A stretch of DNA of 63,656 bases, the filler included, from Chiloscyllium plagiosum (Eukaryota), in NCBI RefSeq assembly GCF_004010195.1. It is 3 parts of one record of this genome, joined end to end, with 100 filler letters (N's around TTAATTAATTAA, not from the genome) between each part and the next. Parts side by side here need not be neighbours in the genome. Positions count along the whole stretch, not along the records: positions 15,168 to 40,872 come from NC_057714.1; 2 more parts are not named here. The stretch is one strand, 5' to 3'. This document shows positions 20,451 through 34,360 of the stretch, piece by piece. Position 1 is the first letter of the stretch; each line of letters opens with the position of its first letter. The notes beneath the pieces were generated by a model. That model made no database searches and had not been told where the DNA came from. It saw nothing but the letters and a program-made list of their open reading frames with translations. Position numbers and translations under genes: made by a program.

Positions 20451-23374
20451 CAATCCATTGTTGTAGCTATGTGATAATGGACATATAAGATACTCAGTCT
20501 GAAGGAGTTAATGTTCAAGTTACATTGTGTGACATCAGCAGAATAGAGCCAATCTATGGTTGGAGATAAGATTGCTACTTTAGTTTCTGGAGATGTGTCT
20601 GTAGCAGCTCTATAAGGTGCAAGTAGTTATGCCGTACCAAATGTAGTTGGACTTCTTGGTATCATGCAACAAACCTTTAATTTTTCTAAGAACAGTAGCT
20701 CAATAGCTCGTGTTATAGATACTCTATGGTATTGTATCCTCCACATTAATTATTATACAGGGCAAAGAGAATGGAGAATTGGTGGCAATTCAGATAATTG
20801 TTACCCAGTACTGACCTACTGGTAATAGTGACAAGTACAAATGACTAAGACTGATCATCTGCAAAAATACCACCATAATGATCAACATGATAATATATTG
20901 ACTGCATTTCTGTCAGAATAATTTTTCTATTTATTAATAATGAATTGACAATGTACTTGGTTGCCAGTTATAATTATATGGCTGGCATCTTGAAACCTGT
21001 GAATGAAAACAAAGAAATTGAAATATTCTCAGAGGAATTTGGATCAAGATTTTATTTGATATTATACAAAGTGTAGTTAGGAGATTCATAGCAATACTGG
21101 CTGTGCAGATGTAACAGTGAAAAAGTATGAAAAAGACAAGCTAATGTAGTTCAAGATCAGTTAATGTAATGGGCTATCAAAGGAAGGGTTTTGTCATTCT
21201 TGGCGTTCTGAGATCAGTATGTTTGTTTTCGCATTGTAAATGCACTGCTACTATTTAGCAGGTATTGACTGCTCTTTAATGTTCAGTAAATGTCTCTAGC
21301 AGATTATTAAGTGATGCATATTCTCAAAAAATTCCCACCTACCAAAAGTGACAACCTGTAATGACAGCCTGTAAAATACAACAAAAATAAGTCCCCATTT
21401 AACAATTCTTGTATTTGGATATTAAACATGCACATGTCCTGTGTTTGATGATGCAAGGCCTTGGAGTTACCAATTACTGGATCCAAGGAAAATTTGACAT
21501 AAAATCATCAAAATGTAACAGACAGGTCAAATTCGTGATATATTTAGCATTCAAACTAAATTATTTATCATAATTTGTCATCTGCATTAATGTCTATCCT
21601 GTAATCATTTGAAGAGGAGTCTTAGTGTGAGTATTTATTAGGTTGTTAAACACTGTACACAGAGCACATTGAAAGTATGGAAAGCTGCATTAATCTGAAA
21701 ACAGAAATGGCCACCCCTTGGTAAGTTTGGTGATGGTGGTTGGGGAAAGTGCATGTTTAATCAGACAGGAGGGGGCACCTGGCACCTTCCTGCCTTTATG
21801 CCAAGGTAGGAATTCCAATGGATGGCATCTATAACCTGTGACCAATTGGCTAATCTCTGATACTAACCCAGCAGTGTCAGATGGTGGTCTTTCAATGCAG
21901 GCAGCCTGACAAGGACCCCTCTCCAGGGTTGCTCATAGGCTATTGTAGGGGAAGTCAGTCCTCATTCAGAAGTACTCAGTGTCTCTTTGAGGTCCATGGC
22001 ATCAGGAGGACTGGCTTACTGAGGGCCTTCCCCATTCTCTTTGTGCTAACTCCTTTCTTCTCCTCCATGACCACCATCTTGTGACCACCCCAACACCCGG
22101 CCATCACTTGTGACTGGGAATCCAGAAGAGATACCGTGTCATACTGGCAGGGCTTCCTATCTCCCAGGATACACTGATGTTCAATATGGCTGCTGGCTTC
22201 TGGGTGGCCAATGTTTCTCAGCTGCTGGAGGTTTCTTACGAGGGGTTTTGATCTCAGAGAAGGCCTGCCATTTTCCATGAATGAATATGTGTTTTGAAAT
22301 TTCAGTTCTCAACCCATTAAAGATGGCTACGAGAGCAGGAGGCCTATACACCTACCTCCCACAGGACCTGTAGTCCCAAGAAGCAACGTTGGAGTGGTTA
22401 GTGTTTTGTGCTAGGAGCTGAAGACAGGGTTTGCTAGCTGCCAGAGGTATGATGCTGTCCTTTACCTGTTGGTTCAAGCGCAGTGGGAGCAATTCCTCCC
22501 CCTTTCCTTGCTCTCCCTATATTTTATTCTAGAGAGCTGCAAAACAAGAGTGGCACACTATTTTAATTATTTTCCCATTATGGGGGAAACTGGCTGCTGA
22601 GAAGGAAGGGAAGCCTTGGTTAGCTATGATCCCTCATTAGTGTGTGGTGCTTTGTTTGTTCCCAATCTGTGTAATCACACAGTGATGATAGGGACAGCAC
22701 TATTTGTGATCTGGCACATGTGTGCTCATTTCTCCACCTAGTGGTGGGTTTGGCAAATGATTTATTTATTTAATATCTTGTCACTTGTACCTAGGTACAG
22801 TGAAAATTGGGTAATGTCCAGAGTCAATGTTTTAAGAATTAACCAAGCAATTGCGGGCTCCATAAGAAAGGATAAATCATCCATCAATACCTTTAAATTG
22901 CATCAACGCAAAATCCAGAAAACCATTCAAGTCATCAGTCTAGCTGAACCATATCCCACAGACTTTCAATCAATGGGGTCAATCCTCTTACTCTGTAACA
23001 CATTTGTGTGTATTTATGGAAAGTGCTTCTGACAGTCAGTGTTTTTAAAAAATTTTTTAGATTGTTTTTTATGTAGAATAAATGTTCAATTTTCTTTGAA
23101 CAACTTGGAAGAAAACTGGCTTTTTTTTTACAGTCACAGCACTTAGACAGTTAAACACTCTCAGAATTGACATGTGTCTGCCTTAAAAGGTCTGTAATGG
23201 TCAAACGAATGTGTGCAATTAATCTCAAATGTAGATTTTTAATCATCCTTCTTTCAATGTTTTTGTGTTGTATGTGCTGCTGCAGGTACTGTCTACCCAT
23301 GAATTCCTGAAGGGCCTGTATAATCTTGTGTCGATGTGAATGGCCTCTTCTGGGTTAACTAGAAGAGGTTCTTG

Positions 23375-23795
23375 ATGTAACAAGATGAAGCTTGATTGGC
23401 TCTACATCCACACCAACTCTCACTAGCAGCAGGGTGTACTCTCTACAAAATGCAATGCAGATACTTACCAATGACCCTCAGACATCACCTTCCAAACCCA
23501 TGATCACACCCATCTGGAAGGACAGGGGCAGCAGATACATTGGAACATCACCACCTGCAAGTCCCCCTCTAAGTCTCTCACCATCCTGACTTGGAAATAT
23601 ATCACCATTCCTTCACTGTCTCTGGGTCAAAATCCTGGAATTCCCTCCCTAAGGGCATGGTGTGTTAACCCATAGCAGGTGGACTGCAGCGGTTCAAGAA
23701 GATAGCTCACCACCACCTTCTCATGGACAACGAGGGACGGGCAATCAATGCATGTCAGTCAGCACACCCGCATCCCACGAATGAACTTAACAAAA
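23375..23795 (+). mobile_element. CR1/L2-group LINE 3' end (family distinct from HER1)
   Basis: aaatcctggaattccctccct...ggactgcagcggttcaagaa...catcccacgaatgaa; reverse complement occurs at 32700-33990. Confidence 0.7.
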
Positions 23796-23933
23796 TGTTT
23801 ATCATATCTCTACAACCAGTTACACTCAATAAGCATCTAGTACACATTGTTACAGAAACTACTTGGAGGACCTTGTCTTGGTCCTGACTCCTTCAAGAAC
23901 CTGTGTTACTCTTCCTGGCCCAGTTCTTATAAC

Positions 23934-23999
23934 AGCTGAAAATATGTTGCTGGAAAAGCGCAGCAGGTCAGGCAGCATCCAAGGAGCAGGAGAATCGAC
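23934..23999. mobile_element. Arm of palindromic PLE-terminus element, cut by gap
   Basis: Same sequence as the 44190-44250 arm. Confidence 0.75.
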
Positions 24000-24665
24000 N
24001 NNNNNNNNNNNNNNNNNNNNNNNNNNNNNNNNNNNNNNNNNNNNNNNNNNNNNNNNNNNNNNNNNNNNNNNNNNNNNNNNNNNNNNNNNNNNNNNNNNNN
24101 NNNNNNNNNNNNNNNNNNNNNNNNNNNNNNNNNNNNNNNNNNNNNNNNNNNNNNNNNNNNNNNNNNNNNNNNNNNNNNNNNNNNNNNNNNNNNNNNNNNN
24201 NNNNNNNNNNNNNNNNNNNNNNNNNNNNNNNNNNNNNNNNNNNNNNNNNNNNNNNNNNNNNNNNNNNNNNNNNNNNNNNNNNNNNNNNNNNNNNNNNNNN
24301 NNNNNNNNNNNNNNNNNNNNNNNNNNNNNNNNNNNNNNNNNNNNNNNNNNNNNNNNNNNNNNNNNNNNNNNNNNNNNNNNNNNNNNNNNNNNNNNNNNNN
24401 NNNNNNNNNNNNNNNNNNNNNNNNNNNNNNNNNNNNNNNNNNNNNNNNNNNNNNNNNNNNNNNNNNNNNNNNNNNNNNNNNNNNNNNNNNNNNNNNNNNN
24501 NNNNNNNNNNNNNNNNNNNNNNNNNNNNNNNNNNNNNNNNNNNNNNNNNNNNNNNNNNNNNNNNNNNNNNNNNNNNNNNNNNNNNNNNNNNNNNNNNNNN
24601 NNNNNNNNNNNNNNNNNNNNNNNNNNNNNNNNNNNNNNNNNNNNNNNNNNNNNNNNNNNNNNNNN
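24000..24665. other. Assembly gap
   Basis: N-run. Confidence 0.99.
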
Positions 24666-25749
24666 GACCATTTTGGTCATTGATCTCCCTCTTCCCTTCA
24701 CTGTCCTGTTGACCATCTCGGTCATTGACCCTCCCCCCCTCTCCTCCTCACTGTCCTGTTGCTTTGCTCAAGGGATGGGTCAATAAGTCTGGCAGCAGGT
24801 GAGGGCACCGACAGCTCTCTCTGAGCATCAATCTGAATGAATTTCGAATAAATTTCATGGTCACCACCTGAATGGATGGCAAGTCAGGACAATGATGAAA
24901 TACTGAGCTGGAGCTGCAACACTGTGTGCTCGCTGTGCCACTGACTCATGGGGTTGACAATAAACACAGCCTTTTATTTTATTTAGTTCTATTTTGCAGA
25001 GATTTTGCTAACTTTATTTAATACTCTCTTTATGCTTTCCATTAGGAAAAGCTTGAATACAGTGCAATATCATGCTATGACCTCATCAACTCGCAACTTT
25101 GATGAACAACTTGCAAGTAAAGGAGTGAAATATTTACAGAAAAGAAGATACAAGTGAAGATATAAGAGGTGATAAGTAAAGTATTTTCAAGTATTAACAA
25201 CACAGAAACAGATTGTTGCTGGTGTTTATATTCCACACAAGGTCTTCTCCCTTTAAAACCTTGACAAATGTTCCATTCCTCATGTATTTATCTACTTACC
25301 CCTTAAATGCACCAATGTTGTCCAGCCTCACCTTCCCCTGGTAACAGTGAACTCCACACTGCATAGCTATGTAATGATGGCAAGTCGTTTACTTTAAATT
25401 TGTGATTTGCATTTGAGCAGTAACAACAGATAAAAGCTTGTGTTCTACGATTATGGTGATCTGACATTTTCTAAAGCATTTCCTTGGTGGTCATTGGAAT
25501 TTTAGGAATAATTCTGATGGCATGCCACATGTGTAGAGATTGTGGCTCCAAGAATTGAAGCCACATTTTTGTTGCTTCCTCTGAACACCGTCTCCCCATT
25601 GAAAACACAGGAATGAGGAAATAGCTGCTATGTCTGCAGACAATCAACTGCTGGTATGAAGCATATTCTATTTGTCAGCTCTAATCTAAGCATAAATCAA
25701 AATATCAGGCTGAACTTTCATAACAACAAGCTGGATGATTTTTAAACTC

Positions 25750-26035
25750 ACATCCTTATTTTTATTTCTCACATCTCCCTCACTCTGATCTGCTCTGGTC
25801 TCAAGTCCCTCTGTTCCTATAATTCTGGTTCCTTGCCTATCACTGATTTTAATCCTTTTACCGTCAATGGCCCAGATAAGCTCTGAAAATCCCTATCCAT
25901 CTCTCTACCTCACTCCTCTTCTTTAAAATGCTCCTTAGAAGTGACCTCTTTGTCCAAGCTCTTGGTTCTCCCCCTTAATATCTCCTCGTAAATCTCAGTG
26001 ACATTTCCTTTTTGTTAATACTCCTGTGCATAGTC
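25750..26035 (+). mobile_element. L2 LINE 3' end
   Basis: aagctctgaaaatccct...ctttaaaatgctcctta...acctctttgtccaagct resembles the L2 ORF2 end (W-N-S-L-P...F-K-x-L-L-K). Confidence 0.6.
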
Positions 26036-26039
26036 TAGG

Positions 26040-26305
26040 AACAGCAAGATCCCACAAGCAATAGAGAGGTAAATGACCAAATGGGCTGTTTTCTAATTAA
26101 TTTCCTGGACATTACCTGCATGGATGAGATGTTATTGGTTGAGGGACAGACTTTAAGCAGGATGGGGAACTGCCTATTCTTCACGTAATGCCATGAGATT
26201 GTTTATATCAATTGGGGGGGTCAGGGGAAGGTGTTGGGTGAATTGAATGTCTCATCTGAACAACAGCACCTCAAAGATTTCAGTAGTCACTCAAAACTGC
26301 AATGC
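26040..26305 (-). mobile_element. Deu-domain SINE fragment
   Basis: acagcaagatcccacaa...ggttgaggga...aatgtctcatctgaa.aacagcacctc is the reverse complement of the Deu core. Confidence 0.6.
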
Positions 26306-26612
26306 TGATTAAGAAAGTAACTGGGAAACTGTCTCACAGAACTGAATCTGGCCATTACCAATCTGAACAAACTGGATCTGTGGAGAGCAGATATCCTCCA
26401 GCTCACACCCACCCTCATTCCCCCTGCCAATCTTCAGGACACATTTTCCAAAGGTTAGGAAGGTAAGCCTGAAAATTTCAGGAGTCCCGTTACCTAACCA
26501 GGGGACAAAAGTCTAGGTCTGTGGTACCCAAAAATTCTGAAAGATACTGTTGAGATTGGATTATAAACACTGATGTCAACTGTCCTCTTACTTCTGAGAT
26601 AAAAGGGAGTTG

Positions 26613-26916
26613 AGATTAGATTAGATTACTTACAGTGTGGAAACAGGCTCTTCGGCCCAACAAGTCCACACCGACTCTCCGAAGTGCAACACACCAAGAC
26701 CCAATCCCCTACATTTACCCCATTCACCTAACACTACAGGCAATTTAGCATGGCCAATTCATCTAACCTGCACATCTTTGGACTGTGGGAGGAAACCGGA
26801 GGAAACCCACGCAGACACGGGGCGAATGTGCAAACTCCACACAGACAGTTGCCCGAGGCGGGAATTGAACCCGGGTCCCTGGTGCTGTGAGGCAGCAGTG
26901 TTAACCATTGTGCCAC
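26613..26916 (-). mobile_element. HE1 SINE
   Basis: Reverse complement of the HE1 head/core/tail with (agatt)n. Confidence 0.92.
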
Positions 26917-28874
26917 ATTTTTACCTGGGCACAAGGTTAATGTGTTTCACGTTGCTATGAGAAAGAAGGACAGAGGGAACTCTTTATGAGATCGGATTAC
27001 AGGCTTCCCTACAAATCAATGAATATCTGAAATAGGGATCAGATATTGCAGAGAGAAAAGGCAGCTTACCAGGATTCAGGAGAAAGACCATCTCCTGTTA
27101 AAGAGATACATCATATCACCATCTATGAATTCTAAGAGACTTCTCTTAGCATGCCCATGCTTGAAGAGTTAATGTATCAGTCATTTCCAACTGGTGTATT
27201 TAATGAACTCTCTGAAAACTGAATTCAGAGTCTGAAAGTACTCACTATAAGCTACTAGTCAGCAAAAGGGAACCGTTGGAAGCTGGGAGGAAGTATCAAC
27301 AATGTTGAAAGGATTGTAATGCCACAGAGAGCATGATGATGAAAAGGATACATCGCTTTCTGTTGTTTAAAGTATGAGTTGCCTATGAAAAAGTGCTTAG
27401 TCGATAGTTTGTTTAGTTACAGTAAAAGTTTTAAGATATGTCAGCTTGGGTCATGCTTTTAGTTAATAACTAAAAGTTCAAATCTCTTTAAATATTATCT
27501 GTCTTAATTGAGATCACAACAGGATATATGCTCCAGGAACACAGTTTGTGGGTATATGTCAGAGGGTGGAGGGTTTTATGTGCAATACAATTAATCAGTA
27601 GAAAAATCATGTGAACCATACTTACTGCATGATTCAAATTACTGACAGTGATTCAGAATTCCTAATATGTGCTCTGAACCCAAGCTTTCTGCTGGAGGTG
27701 CTCAAATAAGCTCAAAATTGCCATAATATTGCTACTGTCTATTATCTTAATAGTGCAGTAACCCATTCAAATTAAGTAGGTAAACTCACAGGATGAAATA
27801 ATAGCTAACACATAAAGAAGTAACATTTGCACAATTAAATCAGCAAAATAAAGGCAACGATATTAACTGTACTGTTTCCAGCATAACAGTATAACTGCAT
27901 TAGTAATATTGAAAATACAAGAAACCAATAAATTTCAGATGTAAAATGATCATTATTTTGAACTGATTCATACTGATAATTAACAAGTTGCTCACTGTTT
28001 GATACAAACTCAAAATTACTATCGTCTTTATTATCATTAAATGTGCTACATCAATACCAACATGTAATGTTCTGTATCCACTGTCAACAGAAAGGAACAC
28101 TAAAACAGATGTAATAAGGTACCAAGACATTACTCTTGTGTTATTACATAGCACAAGAGCAATAATGCTAGACTAATGTTTATTGTTTTCTGTTCTGCTT
28201 ATAGTTACATTTTATTTTTAAGAGAAAAACAAATGAAAGTATTACAATTTGATAAAATAAAAACATTCACTTGGTACAACATTTTTCTTTTGATTACATT
28301 GAATAACAACCAATTTTGTTCCTTACTGCAATGGATGAGCTTCCCATGAGAACCTAGTTTAATTCATTCAGTTGCAGCCTCTCAGTGAATAATTCAGTAC
28401 TCTATAATCTGTCAATGCTTCACTCAGTCTTAGTACTCAATGCTACATTGAAGCTTCTTAAATACTTTGGTGATAATTTTGATTTTGGTCAATAGTACAA
28501 AATGGCCAGTATTGAATTATGATATATAGCATCACAGACTCAATGAATAGAACAACATAAAATGACCCATTGTGTCCGTGTAAGCTCTTTGAAGACAAGT
28601 CTTATGAGACCCACATGCCTGTTCTTTCCCCATGTCCCTGAAATCTGTGTATGTTATGTGATCAACTATCAGATTGTATTATCTGTATTTTAACTAATTT
28701 CTATCCAAATATAACAGCAATTTGTGAACGACTTGATTACTGTTCTTTACTTCATATCCGACATAATAAATTATAGAAATTTTTTATCAAATAGTAAAGG
28801 CAATACTAAACAACACGGTGCAATGACATTTACAAAATTATCTGAGCGGCCAGGCCATTGAAGCATAACTTTCT

Positions 28875-30390
28875 GGGCTGAATCTTACCAGAAATCTGCA
28901 AAATGTCATCGTTGGTGAGTTTCATGGAAGGTTTCTCTCTTTCTTCACACTGTTATTGCAAGTCTAATACCCAAGAACCACATCACTATGGCACCCAAGG
29001 TATGGTTTAGGTGGATGTACTCACCACTGCCAGGACTGAGATCCATGGTGCCAGCGCATAGCCATGGGACCCAGTCAAATGTTGGCAGTCCAGAGTTCAC
29101 CTTTACCATGCATGCAGTGGAAGGGAAAATATATACCAATGTTTCTCTGGGAATATAGATGACATGGTGTCACATATACAAGTGCACAGTCCTGCATCTG
29201 TTGCTATTTAGGCTCCAAGCCCCACAGCTTACACATTCTTAGCCCCATCTCATCCAACAACCGTGCCATAGTCAGTGCTGCTCTTTTCCCCAATGCTCAG
29301 TGTAGCTCAAATACTCCTCATTGCTCAGTGTAGGACTATCACACACAGAGAAGCTGTCAAACAGTTCAAAATGTCTGCAGAAGTGAGCCATCAACAAATC
29401 AACAGAAGTTGCATCTTCCTTTTAAGAACAAAAATGGACTGTATGCCTTACAAACATCAATTTTACAGACAATGTATGATCAGTAGCCAGCTCTCAGTCA
29501 CTGGAGCCTGGTGTCAATGAAATACTTCCTTGGTTTCTTATACCCTACTGCTCTCCCAGCTGCTCAGTATCCATCACCATCCCATCATTACTACTCCCAG
29601 ATGTGTGGGAGCATACACACATGTGTTGCAGCATAGTCTGTCTGAACTGTACTGCAAAGCTGTCAGACTGGTCCAAATAGTGAAATGTTATCTTCAGAAA
29701 ACCAATCATCTGTCCCATTATGACTCTGGTTGAAGAATGGGCTGCCAGTCAGAGGGTTTGTATTCTGCAGTCATCAGCCATGATTGAGGAGGGTAGCATT
29801 TGTATCCCAATATCCAACTTCATAAGACAACCAGCCCTTGAAATGAACCAGGAAACAGGAGTTCTGAAAGATATGGACATCATGGTAGTTTCCAGGGTGC
29901 CTGGCACTCTATTATGGGATATGGTACTGATGATAACAGAGACCCAGACACTGAAGGAACAGAATCCTTTTCTATTGATTAATTTAGCTGGCTTGCGATA
30001 TGATGCTCTCAACACAATACGCGTGCAGTCTATAACACCCTGCACCTTGTGAGGAGCCAGCTCTGTTGCCAAAACCCACTTCCCGGGCTGCAGCACTAAG
30101 GGGTACGGGGAAATGAGTTGAAGTGGCACACTATAGCACAAATTACACAGGGAACAGTCTTGATTATTTGTGAGTTGAAGACTGAGAGATCACAAAGCGG
30201 TCTCTCACTGGCTTCTTGGAAAATGCCAGATATATCATGGTTTGCTGCAGTTGACACCTTTAACCAGCAGGACAGGAAGACCCACTCCAGCAGCTGGCAC
30301 AGTCTGTGACAGGGTCCTGGGCATCCTCAGTCTGTTGTGGCATAGTGCCTCGCTCATTCAGAGGAAATGGGATCACAAATGAAAGATTTT
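28875..30390 (-). mobile_element. PIF/Harbinger DNA transposon fossil with transposase pseudogene (~29580-30350)
   Basis: Minus-strand KVQGVIDCTRI, INRKGFCS, ARHPGNYHD, WILGYKCYP, TRVIMGQMIGFLKITF match Harbinger DDE motifs (GxIDCTH, NRKGxxS, PGSxHD, LGDxGYP, IExxxGxLKxRF); TIR-like gggctgaatcttacc at 28875. Confidence 0.85.
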
Positions 30391-30439
30391 GATCCTTTTG
30401 TATCTCCTGCACACCCTGAGGGAACCGTTGGCTGTGACC

Positions 30440-32130
30440 TTAGACCATGAAACCAGAAGTTTTAGGAATTTGAGGGGGCTGTTCAGCCCCTCCAGCCTGC
30501 TCCGCCATTCACTCGGATCAAGATTATCCCACATTCTAATTTTCTGGCCTTTTCCTGTAATTATTGAATGCCTGACTGATCAAGAGTCTATCTCAGCCTT
30601 CAGTATACTCTCGGACACCTGCTCGCAAAGCTCTCTATGGAAAGGAGTTTCAAAGATTCTCAACCCTCTGAGAGAGGAAATTCTTCCTCATCTCAGTCTA
30701 AAATTGGAGCGCCTTTATTCTGAAACTGTTTCCCCTAGTCCTAGACTCTCCTACAATGGGAAACATTCTCTCAGCCTTTACTCTGTTAATCCCCCTTCAG
30801 AATCTGTATGTTTCAATGAGATGTCCTCTCATGCTTCTAAACTCCAGTGAGTAGAGTCCCAACCTGTTTGGCTTTTGTTCATAAGGCAATCCTTCAATAC
30901 CAGGGATCATTCTGGTGAATCTTCCCTGAACTGTCCCTAAAGAAATGAAATCTTTTCTTAAATAAGGGAACCAAACTTGCTCACAGTACTTCAGATGTAG
31001 TTTTACCAGCACCTTGTCCAGTTGCAGTAAGACTTCTCTACTCCTACACTCCAACCCCCTTGAAATAAGGGCCAACATTCCATTAGCCTTCCTTATTACC
31101 GGCTGTCTTTGTGTGCTAGCTTTCTGCGTTTCACTCATAAGTCTGTCTGTGTTGCAGCTTATTTAAGTAATACTCTGTTCTTTTGTTCTTCAATACAAGC
31201 TTCAATATTTTCCCACATTAGAATTCATTTGCCAACTTTTTGCCGAATACTTAACTATCAATATCTCTCTGTAAGCTGTTTGTGTCCTTGTCAAAACCTG
31301 CCTTTCCACCTATTTTTGGGTCCTCTGCAAATTTGGCGACAGTACATTCATTACCTTCCTCCAAGTCATTAGTATATACTATAAACAGACTCAGCAGTGG
31401 TCCCTGTGGAACCCCACTGCTCACACGTTACCAACATGAAGAAGCCCTTATCCCCACGCGTTGTTTCCTGCCCATGAGACAATTCTCTATCCATGCTAAT
31501 ATGCTACCTCTAAATCATGGCTTATCTTAAGACTTAACCTTTTGCAAGATACCTTGTCAAACACCTTCTGGAAGTCCAAACACAACACATTTACTAGTTC
31601 ATCTTTATCTACTCTGGTTGAGACTACCTTGAAAACTCTAATAAATCAGTCAAACATGAATTCCCTTTCAAGAAACCATACTAACTCTGCTTGATTAGAT
31701 TATTATTTTCCAGATATTCTGCTACTGCTTCCTTAATAATTAATTCCAATGCTTTTTAGATTTTAGGCTAATAGCCCTGTACTTACCCACCTTTTGCCTC
31801 CTTCTCTTTTTTGTCTCATAGCAGCTTTCCAATCCTCTGACACTTCTCCAGAAAGTAAGGATTTTTGGAAAATTACAAGCAATGCATCCATTATCTCCGG
31901 AGCTACCTCTTGTAGGATTCTAGGATGCATGCAATCAGGGCCAGGGAACTTATCTGCCTTAACCATACTAGTTTGTCTAATGTTATGTCTCTAGTGATGG
32001 TAATGGTACTTATCTTTTCCCCCGTATTTGTTAGTATTAATAGGATGTTCGAAGTATCTTTCATCGAAGTATCTTCCACCATAAAAACTGATGTAAAATA
32101 TCTGCTTAACTCCTTTGTCATTTTCTTGTT
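30440..32130 (-). mobile_element. CR1 LINE ORF2/3' end inserted into the Harbinger
   Basis: RKANGMLALISRGLE, KFPGPDCMHPRILQEVA, ELSRYFTSVF. Confidence 0.85.
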
Positions 32131-32699
32131 CCCAAATCCTTTTCATGTGGAGGCTGTTCAGCAAGTGGTGGAGATAGCTGCTGCTGGTCTTGAACTTGTT
32201 GGCTCAACTCTTCCTCCTCCATGTCATTGTGCCTTCATTACACCATAGTAACAGTGATGATCATGCTTAAGGATCGGTCCAAGGGCCTGAGTTATTAACT
32301 ATCTATCTTCATGATTTGGAACAGGGGCTAAGATATGATATGCCTAAATTTGCTGACAATGCAAAAATAAGTGTGAAGCCCAGTCTGATATGTTTTGATG
32401 AGGAAATAAGGAACCTCTAAGGGGATAGAGAGTGGTTGCATGAGTGGACAAAATTCTGCCAGATGGAGTTAAATGGAGGAAAGTGTGAGGGAGGAAGAAA
32501 TCACCTTGGTCGGAAGAAACAAAAGGAAGACTATCAATACAATTGAGAGAGACTCCAAAGAGAACAGAACAGAAGGAGCTGGGTGTGTTGTGCACGAAAC
32601 ACAAAATGTTAGCATGTAGGTGCAGCAAGTAGTTAATAAAGCAAATGGCAATTTGGTCTTTATTGAGAGGGGTTAGAGTTTAAAAGGAGAAGGTTTTGT

Positions 32700-33990
32700 T
32701 TTCTTTATTCACTCATGGGATGCGGATGTCACTAGCTGAGTCAGCACTTATTGTTCATCCCTCGTTGCCATTGAGAAGGTGGTGGGAGCGGCCTTCTTGA
32801 AGTGCTACATTCCACATGCTGTAGGTTGACTCAGAATGTTATTCAGGAAGGAATTCCAAGATTTTAACCCAGTGACAGTGAATAAATATTAAGTCAGGAT
32901 GGTGAGTGACATGCAGTAGAACTTGCAGTTTATGGTGTTCCCTTGTATTTGCTGCCTTTGTCCTTCCAGATGTAATTGGTCACAGATTCAGTCTAGATCT
33001 AAGGAGACTTGGTAAATTTATGCTGTGCATCTTGTAGATGGTACACACTGCTGCTACTGAACATTGGTGGTGGAGGGATTAAATGTTTGTGGATGTAGTG
33101 CCAATCAAGAGGGCTGCTTTGTCCTGGATGATGTCAGGCTTCTTGAGTGTTGTTGGGGCTGCACTCGTCCAGGCAAGTGAGGCATATTCCATTACCCCCC
33201 TGACTTTTGCCTTGTAGGTTGTGGACAGGCTTTGAAGAGACAGGAAGTGAGTTATTCACTGCAAGATTCCTAGGCTCTGGCCTGCTCGTGTAGCCTCTGT
33301 ATTTTTATGCTGAGTCCTGCTGAGTTTCTGGTCAACGATAACCCTCCAGGAGGTTGATAGTCATAGTGATGCCATTGAATGTGAAACGGAGATGGTTAGA
33401 TTGTCCCATATTGGTGATGGTCATTGCCTGCCAATTGTGTGGCATGAATGCTACTTGCCATTGTCAGCCCATTCTTCAGCGTTGTCCAAGTCTTGCTGCA
33501 TTTGGGCATGGACTGTGTTTAGGTATCTGAGGAATCTTGCAAACACCCTTACTTCTGACCTTATGATGTAGGGGAGTTCATTGTTGAAGCAGCTGAAAAT
33601 GGTCAGCTACCCTGCAGAGATATCCTGGAGCTGAGATGATTGACCTTCAACAACTACAACCCTCTTGCTTTGCACCACGTCTCTCCAATCAGTGGAGAGT
33701 TGCTCCTTATTTCAATTGATTCCAATTTTGCTAGATCTCCTGAAGCCACACTTGGTCAAATGCAGCTTTGATGTCAAGACCAATCACTCTATTCTCATCT
33801 CTGGAGTTCAACTCTTTTATTGATGTTTGAATCAAATCTATAATGAGGTCAGGAACCCTGGTCGGATTCAAACTGACCCTCAAAATGAGAAGATTATTGC
33901 AAAGCCAGTTGATAACACCATTTAATTGATAGTTTAGAGTAGACTGATGGAACAGGCAATTGGCTGGGTTAGGCTTGTCCTGTTATTTGT
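32700..33990 (-). mobile_element. CR1/L2-group LINE 3' ~1.3 kb
   Basis: Reverse complement of the 23375-23795 family; minus LDIKAAFDQVW near 33750-33780. Confidence 0.75.
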
Positions 33991-34030
33991 GTCCAAGCCA
34001 TATCTCAGTTACAACTTTACAGGGTGTTAA

Positions 34031-34360
34031 CATAGAACATAGAACATAGAAAAATACAGCGCAGTACAGGCTCTTTGGCCCTCGATGTTGCGCCGATCCA
34101 AGCCCACCTAACCTACACTAGCCCACTATCCTCCATATGCCTATCCAATGCCCGTTTAAATGCCCATAAAGAGGGAGAGTCCACCACTGCTACTGGCAGG
34201 GCATTCCATGAACTCACGACTCGCTGAGTAAAGAATCTACCCCTAACATCTGTCCTATACCTACCACCCCTTAATTTAAAGCTATGCCCCCTCGTAATAG
34301 CTGACTCCATACGTGGAAAAAGGTTCTCATGGTCAACCCTATCTAAACCCCTAATCATCT
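34031..34360 (-). mobile_element. Young CR1 3' end
   Basis: (catagaa)n tail, CpG-retaining, FFTQRVVSSWNALP; flanked by TGTTAA on both sides. Confidence 0.85.

Noticed and set aside
23859..24786. Longest ORFs in the track (288 and 307 aa)
   Set aside because: Open only because of Ns
25046..25157. Acceptor ttccattAG followed by KSLNTVQYHAM...RRYK-stop
   Set aside because: Phase incompatible with the upstream candidate exons, no recognisable homology, no clear donor
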